DNA of 64,000 nt from Chthonomonadales bacterium. Lineage in GTDB: Bacteria; Armatimonadota; Chthonomonadetes; Chthonomonadales; CAJBBX01. The notes beneath the pieces were generated by a model that saw only the letters and a list, made by a program, of their open reading frames with translations, was not told the DNA's origin and searched no databases. The stretch covers positions 102,025 to 166,024 of the forward strand of contig JBMFSQ010000004.1 in the NCBI GenBank assembly GCA_049967475.1, given 5' to 3'. This document shows positions 9,757 to 20,538 of this stretch, one piece after another (position 1 is the first letter of the stretch; every line of letters starts with the position of its first letter). The translations under genes were made by a program, and so were the position numbers.

Positions 9757-9981
9757 ATGCCGCGTGAGAGGCAAGTGTCTGTCCGCCTGAGCGGATATGA
9801 ACACGAGTGGCTCCGCCGCAAAGCCTTTTGGGAAGGCACGACCATGGCCGACCTTTTGCGTCGCCACCTTCACTTCATGATCCGTGATGAGGGATACCTG
9901 CGCCCGCCAGACGATGAGCCCCAGGACTTCGGCTTCGAGAAGGAGATGGTAGAGTTCACCGTCGAACTCGCCAATCAATGA
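9757..9981 (+). CDS. Small protein, probable ribbon-helix-helix DNA-binding fold
   Basis: GGAGG RBS; RQVSVRLS strand followed by two amphipathic helices (WLRRKA...TMADLLRR); acidic tail. Confidence 0.6.
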   Translation: MPRERQVSVRLSGYEHEWLRRKAFWEGTTMADLLRRHLHFMIRDEGYLRPPDDEPQDFGFEKEMVEFTVELANQ

Positions 9982-9989
9982 TCTCTCCT

Positions 9990-11303
9990 CTATAGGGTGA
10001 TCAACCTCTTCACGGGCTGCCCGCGGTCCGTGATGGCAATGGGCCGGCCGATGGGCGTCATGACTGTATGAGAGGGATCCATACCGAGGATCACGGCTAC
10101 CGTAGCGAACAAGTCTGGGACGCTCACGGGACTATCTACCACGCGACTGCCGTTCTCATCCGTTTGGCCGTACGCGATGCCTCCACGGACCCCGCCGCCG
10201 GCCATCACGGCGTCCCATACCTGGGGCCAATGATCCCGCCCTTCGTTGGCGTTGATTACAGGCGTTCTCCCGAACTCTCCCATCCACAGCACCAAAGTAG
10301 ACCTCAACAGGTCGCGCTCATTGAGCTCCTTGATGAGCGATGCCATTGCCGGATCCAGCGTCTGCATGAGCTGCTTGGTCCGTGTGAAGTTGTCTTGGTG
10401 GGTGTCCCATCCGTCGAGCACCACCTCGACGAAGCGCACACCGGCTTCCACGAGGCGCCTGGCCAGCAAACAGCCTCGGCCGAAATCGGTGTCGCCATAG
10501 GCCGCCTTCACTGCCGCGGGCTCCTCCGACAGGTCGAAGGCCCGGAGCTTGGGCGTGTTCATCAACCGAATGGCTTTGGCATATACGGCCCGGCGGCCAG
10601 AGACCTTGGCGTCGCCCGTGTCGGCATTGAAGCGCCGCTCCAGGGTATCGAGCGCCCGGCTTCGGTTTCGGAAACGTTCCGGCGACACATCCGGCGGCAG
10701 ATGCACATTGTCCGGCGGCTGGCCCGCCCGCGCCACCACGAAGGGGCCGTATTGCACCCCGAGGAAGCCTGCACCGATAGAGGGGCCATTGATGCTGACG
10801 AAGTTGGGAAGCTCTGAAGCGGGGTCGCCCAGTTCTTCGCTCACCCAAGCTCCCAGGCTGGGATGTTGGATTGTGCCGGTTGGAGCGTAGCCGGTATGCA
10901 TGAGATATTGAGCGCGCTGATGGTTGCCCTCGCGGCTGGTCATGCTCCGGATGATGGCCAGATGGCGGGCTTGCTCGGCTACCTGCGGAAGATGCTCACA
11001 GATGCGGACGCCTTCCGCCGATGTGGCAATGGATTTGAAAGGGCCGCCTGTGGGAGCTCCGGGCTTGGGATCGAACGTGTCCAGGTGGCTGGGACCTCCG
11101 TTCATCCAGAGCAGGATGCATGCCTTCGCTGAGGGTTTGCCGGCCGCCTCGGCAGGGACCGGATCCAACCACTGAGCCAGCAGGAAGCTGAGCAGACCGC
11201 CTACGCCCAGCCGAAGGAAGCCCCTGCGATCTAAGGGATCCCCAAACAGGTCCACGGGACCTGGGCACGGGCCGGTTGTGCGCTCGACCAGATTGTTTGC
11301 CAT
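9990..11303 (-). CDS. DUF1501 family protein with twin-arginine signal
   Basis: DRRGFL TAT motif, WMNGGPSHLDTFDPKP, CLLARRLVEAGVRFV, WDTH, GEFGRTP, GRDHW. Confidence 0.92.
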   Translation of the reverse strand: MANNLVERTTGPCPGPVDLFGDPLDRRGFLRLGVGGLLSFLLAQWLDPVPAEAAGKPSAKACILLWMNGGPSHLDTFDPKPGAPTGGPFKSIATSAEGVRICEHLPQVAEQARHLAIIRSMTSREGNHQRAQYLMHTGYAPTGTIQHPSLGAWVSEELGDPASELPNFVSINGPSIGAGFLGVQYGPFVVARAGQPPDNVHLPPDVSPERFRNRSRALDTLERRFNADTGDAKVSGRRAVYAKAIRLMNTPKLRAFDLSEEPAAVKAAYGDTDFGRGCLLARRLVEAGVRFVEVVLDGWDTHQDNFTRTKQLMQTLDPAMASLIKELNERDLLRSTLVLWMGEFGRTPVINANEGRDHWPQVWDAVMAGGGVRGGIAYGQTDENGSRVVDSPVSVPDLFATVAVILGMDPSHTVMTPIGRPIAITDRGQPVKRLITL

Positions 11304-11333
11304 AGGATTCTCCTTTCAGAGTGCTTTGCAACC

Positions 11334-13052
11334 TCAGTGGTTGAATTGAAACTCGCTGCAATTCAGGAGCGCCCAGAAAAGGTCCTCCCACCGATGCGCT
11401 TCGGCATCGCTACCGCCGGCGGGCAAGTTCTCACTCCTCCGATTTCCTCGATCTCCAATCAACCGAGGCGCCGCGGAACGGTGCCCAGCATGGGGCAGGG
11501 GAGCGGACACAAACTCGAGCCATTGCTGAGTTTCAACAGACGTTGGCGGACGTCCCAGCGTCCGTAGGTACAAGGCTTCGATGCGCTGCTTTGGGGCCGG
11601 GAGTTGAAGGACCGCACTGAGGGCTGTGCCCGGAATAACTCGGCTGCCTTCGTTGACAAGGCGGCCGTTGATCAACATCAGCGCCTGGGGAATGGTGCCT
11701 TCGAATTCCTTCTGCTCGGCTTCCATATCGGTATCGAAAAGAAAGGCAAACTGCCTCCGGAGCGCGAACTCCATTGCCTGAAGGTTGCCGCGTGCTCTCC
11801 GCTCGAGAAGAGGCTGGAGCCCAGTGGCCTGGACGATAGACGCTAGAAGCTGCTCCGGTTCCAGGGGCTTGAGGCGATACCGGGACCAGAGCTTGTTCTC
11901 GGGATCCTGGCGCGCGGGTTTGGCGGAGGCGAGCCCGTAGACCTGCGTGGACGTTATCAGGCGGATCAGATGTTTGAGATCGTACCCGGAGGCTACGAAG
12001 TCGGCAGCCAATCGGTTCAGCAAATCCGGCAATACAGGAGGGTTCGAGGATCGAAAGTCGTCTATGGGATCCACGAACCCCCGGCCCAGGAAGTAGGCCC
12101 ACATTCGGTTCACGACGGCTTGGGCGAACCACGGATTGTCTGGAGCCGTGATCCATTGAGCTAGGGCGGCTCTGCGGTTGGGGGCATTGCTGAATTCCGT
12201 ACCATCCAAAGCGGCAGGCGTCGCCCTAAGGTAATCGGTAAGATTGGATTGCAGGTTGCGCCCCAGGAACCGGCTGGACTGCGGGACGTCGGTGAGCATC
12301 ACCCTGCGGACGCCCATCACCTTGCCGCGGTCTATGGGGATTGCGCGCATCTGCATGAAGCACGCTGTGAAGCGCTGAAAATCGGTCTGCTTCCAGTGTT
12401 CCGTCTTGTGGTCGTGGCATTGCGCACACTGGATCTGGACGCCAAGAAAGATCTTGCTCACCTTGCCGGCGAGTTCCGCAGGGTTCTGTGCGTATTGGAG
12501 ATGCCAATTCACGGCGCCGTTCACCTTGCTCGAAGCGGCGGATCCGTCTGGCGCTGACGACGCGGCTGCATCGCGCTCGAAGCCCAACAGCCGCCTATAG
12601 CTTCCGCCCTGACTGTTTTGCCCCGATGCCGTGAGCAGAGCCTCAACGAAGCGGTTCCAGGGGGTGTTCGTTGCGAATTGCTGGTGAAGCCAACGCCGCC
12701 ACTCTGCGCGGTCCAACACTTGGCCCCGAGGCCGAGGTCCCAAGAGAACGTCGTCCCAGTAGTCGGTCCAGTGGTCTGCATAGGCAGGCGATGCCAGGAG
12801 TTCATCCACGATGCGGGCACGCTTGTCGGGGCGCCGGTCCTTCAAGAAGGCGGTTACAGCTTCTGGGGGCGGGATCACGCCGGCGATATCGAGATAGACG
12901 CGCCTCAGGAAGCGCGCATCGTCAACGGGTGGTGCGGGCTCGATCCTCATTTTGCGCCATTCCAGACGGATGCGGTGGTCAATCCACGCCGGCGTGAGAG
13001 TAGAAGGCGGCGCCGGCGCCGTCAAGGCCAATAAGCAGAAAGCCAGCCACAT
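11334..13052 (-). CDS. DUF1549/DUF1553 (PSD1/PSCyt2) domain protein
   Basis: FLRRVYLD, CAQCHDH, VNRMWAYFLGRG, LFWALLNCSEFQFNH; signal peptide. Confidence 0.9.
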   Translation of the reverse strand: MWLAFCLLALTAPAPPSTLTPAWIDHRIRLEWRKMRIEPAPPVDDARFLRRVYLDIAGVIPPPEAVTAFLKDRRPDKRARIVDELLASPAYADHWTDYWDDVLLGPRPRGQVLDRAEWRRWLHQQFATNTPWNRFVEALLTASGQNSQGGSYRRLLGFERDAAASSAPDGSAASSKVNGAVNWHLQYAQNPAELAGKVSKIFLGVQIQCAQCHDHKTEHWKQTDFQRFTACFMQMRAIPIDRGKVMGVRRVMLTDVPQSSRFLGRNLQSNLTDYLRATPAALDGTEFSNAPNRRAALAQWITAPDNPWFAQAVVNRMWAYFLGRGFVDPIDDFRSSNPPVLPDLLNRLAADFVASGYDLKHLIRLITSTQVYGLASAKPARQDPENKLWSRYRLKPLEPEQLLASIVQATGLQPLLERRARGNLQAMEFALRRQFAFLFDTDMEAEQKEFEGTIPQALMLINGRLVNEGSRVIPGTALSAVLQLPAPKQRIEALYLRTLGRPPTSVETQQWLEFVSAPLPHAGHRSAAPRLIGDRGNRRSENLPAGGSDAEAHRWEDLFWALLNCSEFQFNH

Positions 13053-13277
13053 TGCTCCGAACCTCCCTGATCACGTGTGCGAAGGGCACGCGCTGCTCTC
13101 GCTTGGGTACTCTGACGAAGCAGTGAGGGCAAAGTTCGGCCGGTTATTTAATGGGTAATTTGGATGGCGGCGAAGCAGGGTGCGTTCGGCGAGGCGGAAA
13201 GCGGTTGGGGCGCGAGTGTGAGCGCGAGGGTTAAGAGCAGGGCGGACGGGGTGTGCGACCAGCCGAGGGTACCTGGC

Positions 13278-15112
<1,835 letters not shown>

Positions 15113-15217
15113 TGTGTCGTCGTCTCCTTCTTGGTTGTGTTGGGATGCGAGCCATGTTGGGGATTACGGGGGCGCAAGCGGGCCCTCAAGCCGAGGCACA
15201 TGCGCCAACGCGCCCAC

Positions 15218-15261
15218 AAAAAAACGCCCTCGCCTCCCAGTATGGAGGTTCCAAGAGCGTT
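15218..15261 (-). terminator. Intrinsic terminator inside the glnA 5' leader (attenuator)
   Basis: Minus strand AACGCTCTT...CCTCC-atactg-GGAGG-CGAGGGCG-TTTTTTT, located between the promoter and the glnA ATG. Confidence 0.75.
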
Positions 15262-15328
15262 ACCTGCGCGGGAAACCACCATGGTCCCGCTGATCGTGAG
15301 AATGCAAAGGGAGGTAGTTCGGAAACAT
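15260..15328 (-). CDS. Candidate glnA leader peptide MFPNYLPLHSHDQRDHGGFPRR
   Basis: 22-codon ORF starting about 10 nt after the predicted TSS; its TAA overlaps the 5' arm of the terminator. Confidence 0.45.
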   Translation of the reverse strand: MFPNYLPLHSHDQRDHGGFPRR

Positions 15329-15345
15329 CCCCGTTTCCAAGACAT

Positions 15346-15375
15346 ATGATACCGTGGACGGCTTTGGTTTGTCAA
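15346..15375 (-). promoter_or_regulatory. sigma70 promoter of glnA-glnB
   Basis: TTGACA-N18-TATCAT on the minus strand. Confidence 0.75.
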
Positions 15376-15699
15376 GCATCCGCGGCGCAACTCTGCAGAA
15401 GAACAGGACGTGCCGGCCCCTTGTGGCTCCATCGTGAGTGCGAGGGCGGGCAGGGTGGCGAAGGCTACGGGAAGCCGATGCCTTGGATACAGGTTTACAG
15501 CCGATCCTCAGCGCGCATCGGTGCTCACGTTCCGCCCGCCGGCTCTCCCGTGCTCCCTAGAGGAGGTTCCATGCGGTGCCGGGCCGCCCGCATGCGCAGC
15601 GCTTGAATGGGCGGGAACAAAGGGTGCCACCACAACGCCGCGCTCTTGCACCGTTTACAGCCATTTGCCCCGGGTAGTGAAACCGTGAGAGTTTCGAGG

Positions 15700-15728
15700 T
15701 TGACACCTTCCAATAGTTGCTGTATGAT
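15700..15728 (+). promoter_or_regulatory. sigma70 promoter of the S53 peptidase gene
   Basis: TTGACA-N17-TATGAT; GAAAC-N7-GTTTC inverted repeat just upstream. Confidence 0.7.
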
Positions 15729-15839
15729 GAACGCACTGCAGGTTATGGCTGGTCCCCTGTCCGGTGGGCCAAAGCCGGCAGCGGTTGTTGTGTCCACTCG
15801 AGCATCGTTCCCTAATCCCTTATCACGGAGGATCCTAAT

Positions 15840-17027
15840 ATGATCGGCAACAGAACTGCCTCGAGGTGCTTCGGCGGCCTGATGGTGTTGGCTTCGTGCT
15901 TCTTCAGCGGGCCGGCTCACGCCCAGCGGCCGGGCTGGGTGATCGTTCCCCACAGCAGCATCGAGCGCCCATTTGATCGAGGGCACTTCGCCCACACCAA
16001 CCATCTCATTTTCATGCCGGCGCTTACCGGCCTTGTGCCTCTCGGCGGCACGGGGTTCGGGGGCGGCATCGGTCCGGCGGATATCCGGGCAGCCTATAAT
16101 CTGCCCGCGTCCGGCGGTTCAGGCGTCATTGCAATTGTGGACGCGTACCACGATCCCTATGCTCTTAGCGACTTCAACAAGTTCTCTGCGTATTACGGCC
16201 TGCCCGTCGAGACATCCACAAATCCGACTGCCTCCTCAAACAAGGTATTCCAGGTGATCTACGCTTCGGGTTCCAAGCCCAGGTACAACACTGGGTGGTC
16301 TCAGGAAGCTTCCCTGGATATCGAATGGGCTCATGCTATGGCCCCCAATGCCAAAGTCGTTCTCGTGGAAGCTGCTTCCAACCGCTTCAGCGATCTTTTC
16401 AAGGCGGTGAAGGTAGCCAGCGGCATCCCAGGAGTCCAGGAGATATCCATGAGCTGGGGCGGGAGCGAATTCAGCGGCGAGACCGCCTATGATGCCTACT
16501 TTCAGCATTCGGGCATCGTGTACTTTGCTGCCAGCGGAGATACCGGCGGCGTGGTGGAGTATCCCAGCGCTTCTGCATGGGTGGTGTCGGCTGGAGGCAC
16601 GACCCTTACGCTGAACAACGGCGTATTCGTGAGTGAAACCGGCTGGAGCGGAAGTGGCGGCGGCCCGAGCGCATACGAAACGAAGCCGTCGTATCAAACC
16701 AATGTAACGAACACCTTCAGCATGAGGAGTACTCCCGATCTTTCGTTTGACGCGGACCCCAACACGGGCGTCACGGTGGTATGGAAAGGGTCGTGGTACA
16801 TTTTCGGCGGCACAAGCGTGTCCGCTCCTTCGTTGGCCGGCATCGTGAACCTTGCGGGGCACGTAAACAGCTCGAGTACGAGCCTTGCTGAGCTCCAGGC
16901 AATCTACAGTTCCATCGGAACCAGCAACGTGCGGGATATCGTGGTAGGGAACAACGGCTATCCATGCCTAACCGGATGGGACGCCGTCACCGGAGTGGGC
17001 GCACCTTTGGGGACCGGCGGGCTCTAG
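15840..17027 (+). CDS. Secreted S53 (sedolisin/kumamolisin-like) peptidase
   Basis: EASLDIE (Glu/Asp), AASGD oxyanion Asp, GGTSVSAP (Ser), GWDAVTGVG calcium site; signal peptide. Confidence 0.9.
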   Translation: MIGNRTASRCFGGLMVLASCFFSGPAHAQRPGWVIVPHSSIERPFDRGHFAHTNHLIFMPALTGLVPLGGTGFGGGIGPADIRAAYNLPASGGSGVIAIVDAYHDPYALSDFNKFSAYYGLPVETSTNPTASSNKVFQVIYASGSKPRYNTGWSQEASLDIEWAHAMAPNAKVVLVEAASNRFSDLFKAVKVASGIPGVQEISMSWGGSEFSGETAYDAYFQHSGIVYFAASGDTGGVVEYPSASAWVVSAGGTTLTLNNGVFVSETGWSGSGGGPSAYETKPSYQTNVTNTFSMRSTPDLSFDADPNTGVTVVWKGSWYIFGGTSVSAPSLAGIVNLAGHVNSSSTSLAELQAIYSSIGTSNVRDIVVGNNGYPCLTGWDAVTGVGAPLGTGGL

Positions 17028-17431
17028 TCTGCCCCCTGTGCTCCGACCGCTATGGCTCGAGACCCCCCGGTGGTACCAGCAGCCGAGTCAGATGGCGGTT
17101 GTTCCGGCCGAGAATGGCGCTGGACCTTTCGTGTTGGATGGATCGCCTGTTGTCCTAGTGTACTGAGCGGCCTTGAGGATGCTGAACGTGCAGCCGCCTC
17201 ACCCATAGTTCCGGGTGAGGCGGCTGGTCATCACCAGAGAGTTGGGCGGCACGGCAACACCGTTCTGCCATGCTGGGAGCGACGTCGCCCACCGCCCGAA
17301 CTCATCCCTCCGACGTTCGCCCGGGCTTCGGCGTCAGGCGCCTCGGCGGCGTTCGCTCCATCCTTATTCTCGGCGGTTCTGCGTGGGGCTTTACAGCCAA
17401 GAGTACGGGTTTCCGCCGGCGGTCGCGGTCG

Positions 17432-19267
17432 CTACGCGTGCATCATGCGGTCTACCGCCATCACCAGGAACAGGGCCGCCAGGTAGACCATGGAGTAGTG
17501 GAAAAGGCGGGAGGCGCGTGGCCGGTCTGCTCTGCGGTACAGGTCGGCGCTGCGCATCAGGAGCACGGCATTGAGGATAGCCGCCCCCACGAGATAGATG
17601 GGGCCGGTCTGTTTCTGCAAGAGGGGTAGTGCCGAAATTGCTGCCGTGAGCAATGCATACAGCCCGATCTGAATTACGGTGATGCGCTCTCCCGACACAC
17701 AGGGGAGCATCGGAACACCGGCGGCGGCATAGTCATCCTTCAAGAGCAGGGCCAGCGCCCAGAAGTGGACCGGTGTCCAAACGAAGATGAGCGCGAATAG
17801 GAGCCAGGCGAAAAGGTTCAGTTCCCTCGTTACGGCGGCCCAGCCCACGAGGGGCGGAAATGCTCCGGCTGCTCCGCCGATGACGATATTCTGGGGTGTG
17901 CGGCGCTTGAGCATGAGCGTGTAAATGATCACGTAGTACACCAAGCCGGCGAAGGCCAACACGGCGGCCAGGAGGTTCGCGGCCGCCCAAAGGATTGCAA
18001 AGGATCCGGCTCCAAGCGCAAGTGCGAAGGCAAGCGCCTGGGGGGTTGCGATTTGGTGCGTGACGGTAGGACGCTGCGAGGTCCGGCTCATGCACCCGTC
18101 AATGTCTCGGTCAATAACCATGTTCAGCGCGTTCGCTGCACCCGCAGCCATGTATCCTCCGATTGCAACAGCCACGAGGAGGAACGTGCCCGGCCAGCCC
18201 TTTTTGGCTATGAACATGGCGGCAAGCGTCGTGAAGAGCAGTAAGCTAATTACGCGAGGCTTGGTTAGGGCTACGTAGGCCCGCCACCCTACGGGCGAGG
18301 CATCAGTTGCGTCCTGCACACGATCGCTTGGGGCGTCCTCTAACTCCGCGTGGGGTATCCCGTCTGCCGATACGGTGGCTGCAAGGATTACGAGCTGGAT
18401 CCAGAGCAGATCCGCCAGAAGAAGGTGGGCGAGCTGAAGGGCGATCGGAGCGAGCAGAAGCACATTGAGGGCTCCGAGGGCTAATTGGAGCGCGAAAAGC
18501 GCCGCGATGCGCCTGGCAACGCGTGTTGCAGCTTGCGATGGCCGCAAATGGGCGGCAAGCCCGGACACAAGGATTACAAAGAGCCCTACTGAAAGAGCGG
18601 TGAGCGGATGAAAGAGGCGCAGGCGCACCAGAAAGTGGGCGGAGGGAGAGAGTTCCTGCCGAATTCCCGCTGCGAGCGTGGGTGCAGGAAAGAGGGTGTC
18701 CCCTAGGGCCGTTACCGCTCCACTGATGCCCAAGATGAGCACCGCCGCAAGCGCCCCAGCCATGGCCCAACCTACGGCCCCTTGACGCCGCCACCGGACT
18801 GCTGCGTGCGCCTCAGCAGAATGGGCGGTGAGAGTAAGGAAGGCCAGCAAAATGAAGGTGTTCGTAAGATGCAGGGATATGGCGAGCGCCCGATACACGG
18901 AGGCGTTGTGGGCTACAAGGCTGAAGAGCACCAGTCCTGCGCCGACGAGCGCTTCGGACAGGGTAAACGCTAGAGCCCACCCTGCCATCCGCCGTGTCGT
19001 GTGCCCGCGTGGGAAGGCCAGACGCGACCATACCCACAAAACCCCGGCCAGCAGCATTACAAACCCGCTGGACAGCCGGTGCGAGTACTCGATCACCATT
19101 TGAATTGTAGGCGTGCGCGGAAGAACTTGGCCGTCACATAGGGGCCAATGTCCGCCGCACCCCGCGCCGGATCCCGTGGCGCGAACGTAGGCTCCCCAGG
19201 CGATTACTGCCAGATTGCACGCAAGCACCCACCAGGCGAACCGTGCAAATCGCTTCTGTTTGTGCAT
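17432..19267 (-). CDS. ctaB: Fused heme A synthase (CtaA/COX15) and heme O synthase (CtaB/CyoE)
   Basis: N-half GAGCGGHWPLCDG, EYSHR; C-half LTKPR, DRDIDGCMSRT, LKRRTPQNIVIGG, WTPVHFWAL, DDYAAAGVPMLP. Confidence 0.9.
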   Translation of the reverse strand: MHKQKRFARFAWWVLACNLAVIAWGAYVRATGSGAGCGGHWPLCDGQVLPRTPTIQMVIEYSHRLSSGFVMLLAGVLWVWSRLAFPRGHTTRRMAGWALAFTLSEALVGAGLVLFSLVAHNASVYRALAISLHLTNTFILLAFLTLTAHSAEAHAAVRWRRQGAVGWAMAGALAAVLILGISGAVTALGDTLFPAPTLAAGIRQELSPSAHFLVRLRLFHPLTALSVGLFVILVSGLAAHLRPSQAATRVARRIAALFALQLALGALNVLLLAPIALQLAHLLLADLLWIQLVILAATVSADGIPHAELEDAPSDRVQDATDASPVGWRAYVALTKPRVISLLLFTTLAAMFIAKKGWPGTFLLVAVAIGGYMAAGAANALNMVIDRDIDGCMSRTSQRPTVTHQIATPQALAFALALGAGSFAILWAAANLLAAVLAFAGLVYYVIIYTLMLKRRTPQNIVIGGAAGAFPPLVGWAAVTRELNLFAWLLFALIFVWTPVHFWALALLLKDDYAAAGVPMLPCVSGERITVIQIGLYALLTAAISALPLLQKQTGPIYLVGAAILNAVLLMRSADLYRRADRPRASRLFHYSMVYLAALFLVMAVDRMMHA

Positions 19268-19522
19268 CTCCCCTCCCGGGAAGCCATCCGCAGCGTACAC
19301 CGCGGATCCGCTCGTGCTTCTTCTCACAAAGTAAAGAGCGATCTATCTTACTGAAGTGGTTCCCGACGCCTTAAAGAATACCCCGGACGCGCCTCAGAAA
19401 AGGATCGTCGGACGCCAATGGGTAACATTGAGCTTACACAAAAGCGTATTGACAGTTATGCTGCGCCCTGCCCCGGAACCGTTCCGGCAGGGCCAGGACG
19501 CACCAACAAGGAGGAGCCGAAT

Positions 19523-19795
19523 ATGTCTCGATGGGTGAGAGCCGCAATCGCATGCACCGTTTTCGCCGTGAGTGCTTTGGAGGTATCGGCCGCGCCGAAG
19601 CATCCTCAACACAAACCTGCAGCGGCGCCGAAGTGCCCGGTGTGCAAGATGGCGTTGTCACCGAAAAAGGACAAGATGCACACCGTAGCCGTGAAAGTCG
19701 GCGGCAAAACGTACTATTGCTGCGCCCAGTGCAATATGAAGGGGCACGCAGCGGCCAAGGGCCACGGGCACGCAGGGGCACACCACAAGATGTAA
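19523..19795 (+). CDS. Small exported YHS/TRASH-like metal-binding protein with His-rich tail
   Basis: AGGAGG RBS; signal peptide; CPVCKM...[21 protein letters not shown]. Confidence 0.75.
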   Translation: MSRWVRAAIACTVFAVSALEVSAAPKHPQHKPAAAPKCPVCKMALSPKKDKMHTVAVKVGGKTYYCCAQCNMKGHAAAKGHGHAGAHHKM

Positions 19796-19938
19796 TCCAC
19801 GCATCACAGCCGGGCGCCCGGAGCATGGATTATGTGCGCTGCGTCCAACTGCTTTGCTTTAGCCCGTGCGGCAGGTTGCCTTGCAGCCTCCCCGAAGGGT
19901 ACCATGAGCCAATATTCCGCATACGCTTGGGGGAGTGC

Positions 19939-20355
19939 ATGGAGCGGACGTTTGTTATGGTCAAGCCCGACGGCGTGCATCGCCGCCTCGTGGGAGAGAT
20001 CATCCGCCGGTTCGAAAACCGCGGTCTTCGGCTGGTAGGCCTCAAGATGCTGCAACCGGACCGCCGCTTGGCCGAGCAGCATTACGCTGTACACCAGGGA
20101 AAGCCTTTCTACGACGACCTGGTTGCCTTCATCACGAGCGGACCCGTGGTGGCGATGGCTTGGGAAGGAAACCGGGCCATTCAGCTCGTGCGCACCATGA
20201 TGGGCGCTCTCAAGCCGGAGGAGGCGCTGCCCGGAACGATCCGCGGCGACTTCACTACCGATATTCAGATGAACCTAGTTCACGGGTCGGATAGTCCCGA
20301 GACTGCAGCTACGGAACTCGCGCTGTGGTTCGGCCCCGGAGAATTGGTCAACTAG
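19939..20355 (+). CDS. ndk: Nucleoside diphosphate kinase
   Basis: [28 protein letters not shown]. Confidence 0.97.
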   Translation: MERTFVMVKPDGVHRRLVGEIIRRFENRGLRLVGLKMLQPDRRLAEQHYAVHQGKPFYDDLVAFITSGPVVAMAWEGNRAIQLVRTMMGALKPEEALPGTIRGDFTTDIQMNLVHGSDSPETAATELALWFGPGELVN

Positions 20356-20538
20356 TTCGCTGCAACCCGAAGCGGTATCGGGCGGACGCGGCCATGGCCG
20401 GACGTTGATCGGGTGGGCAGAAACCGTGCCGTGCAGCAATAGGACGCCCGAAGTATCCGTTGCTTCGTCTTTGCCGATGAGCAGACACGCCGCATCGGGG
20501 TCGTTTCCGGGTTCGGTGTGGATGCGGAGTGCATCATC

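Noticed and set aside
9757..9981. Toxin-antitoxin module
   Set aside because: The RHH-like gene has no adjacent toxin ORF; a convergent DUF1501 gene ends 8 nt away.
15240..15340. T-box in the glnA leader (GGTGGTTTCCCGCG before a terminator)
   Set aside because: No UGGNACC bulge and no room for Stem I between the promoter and this site.
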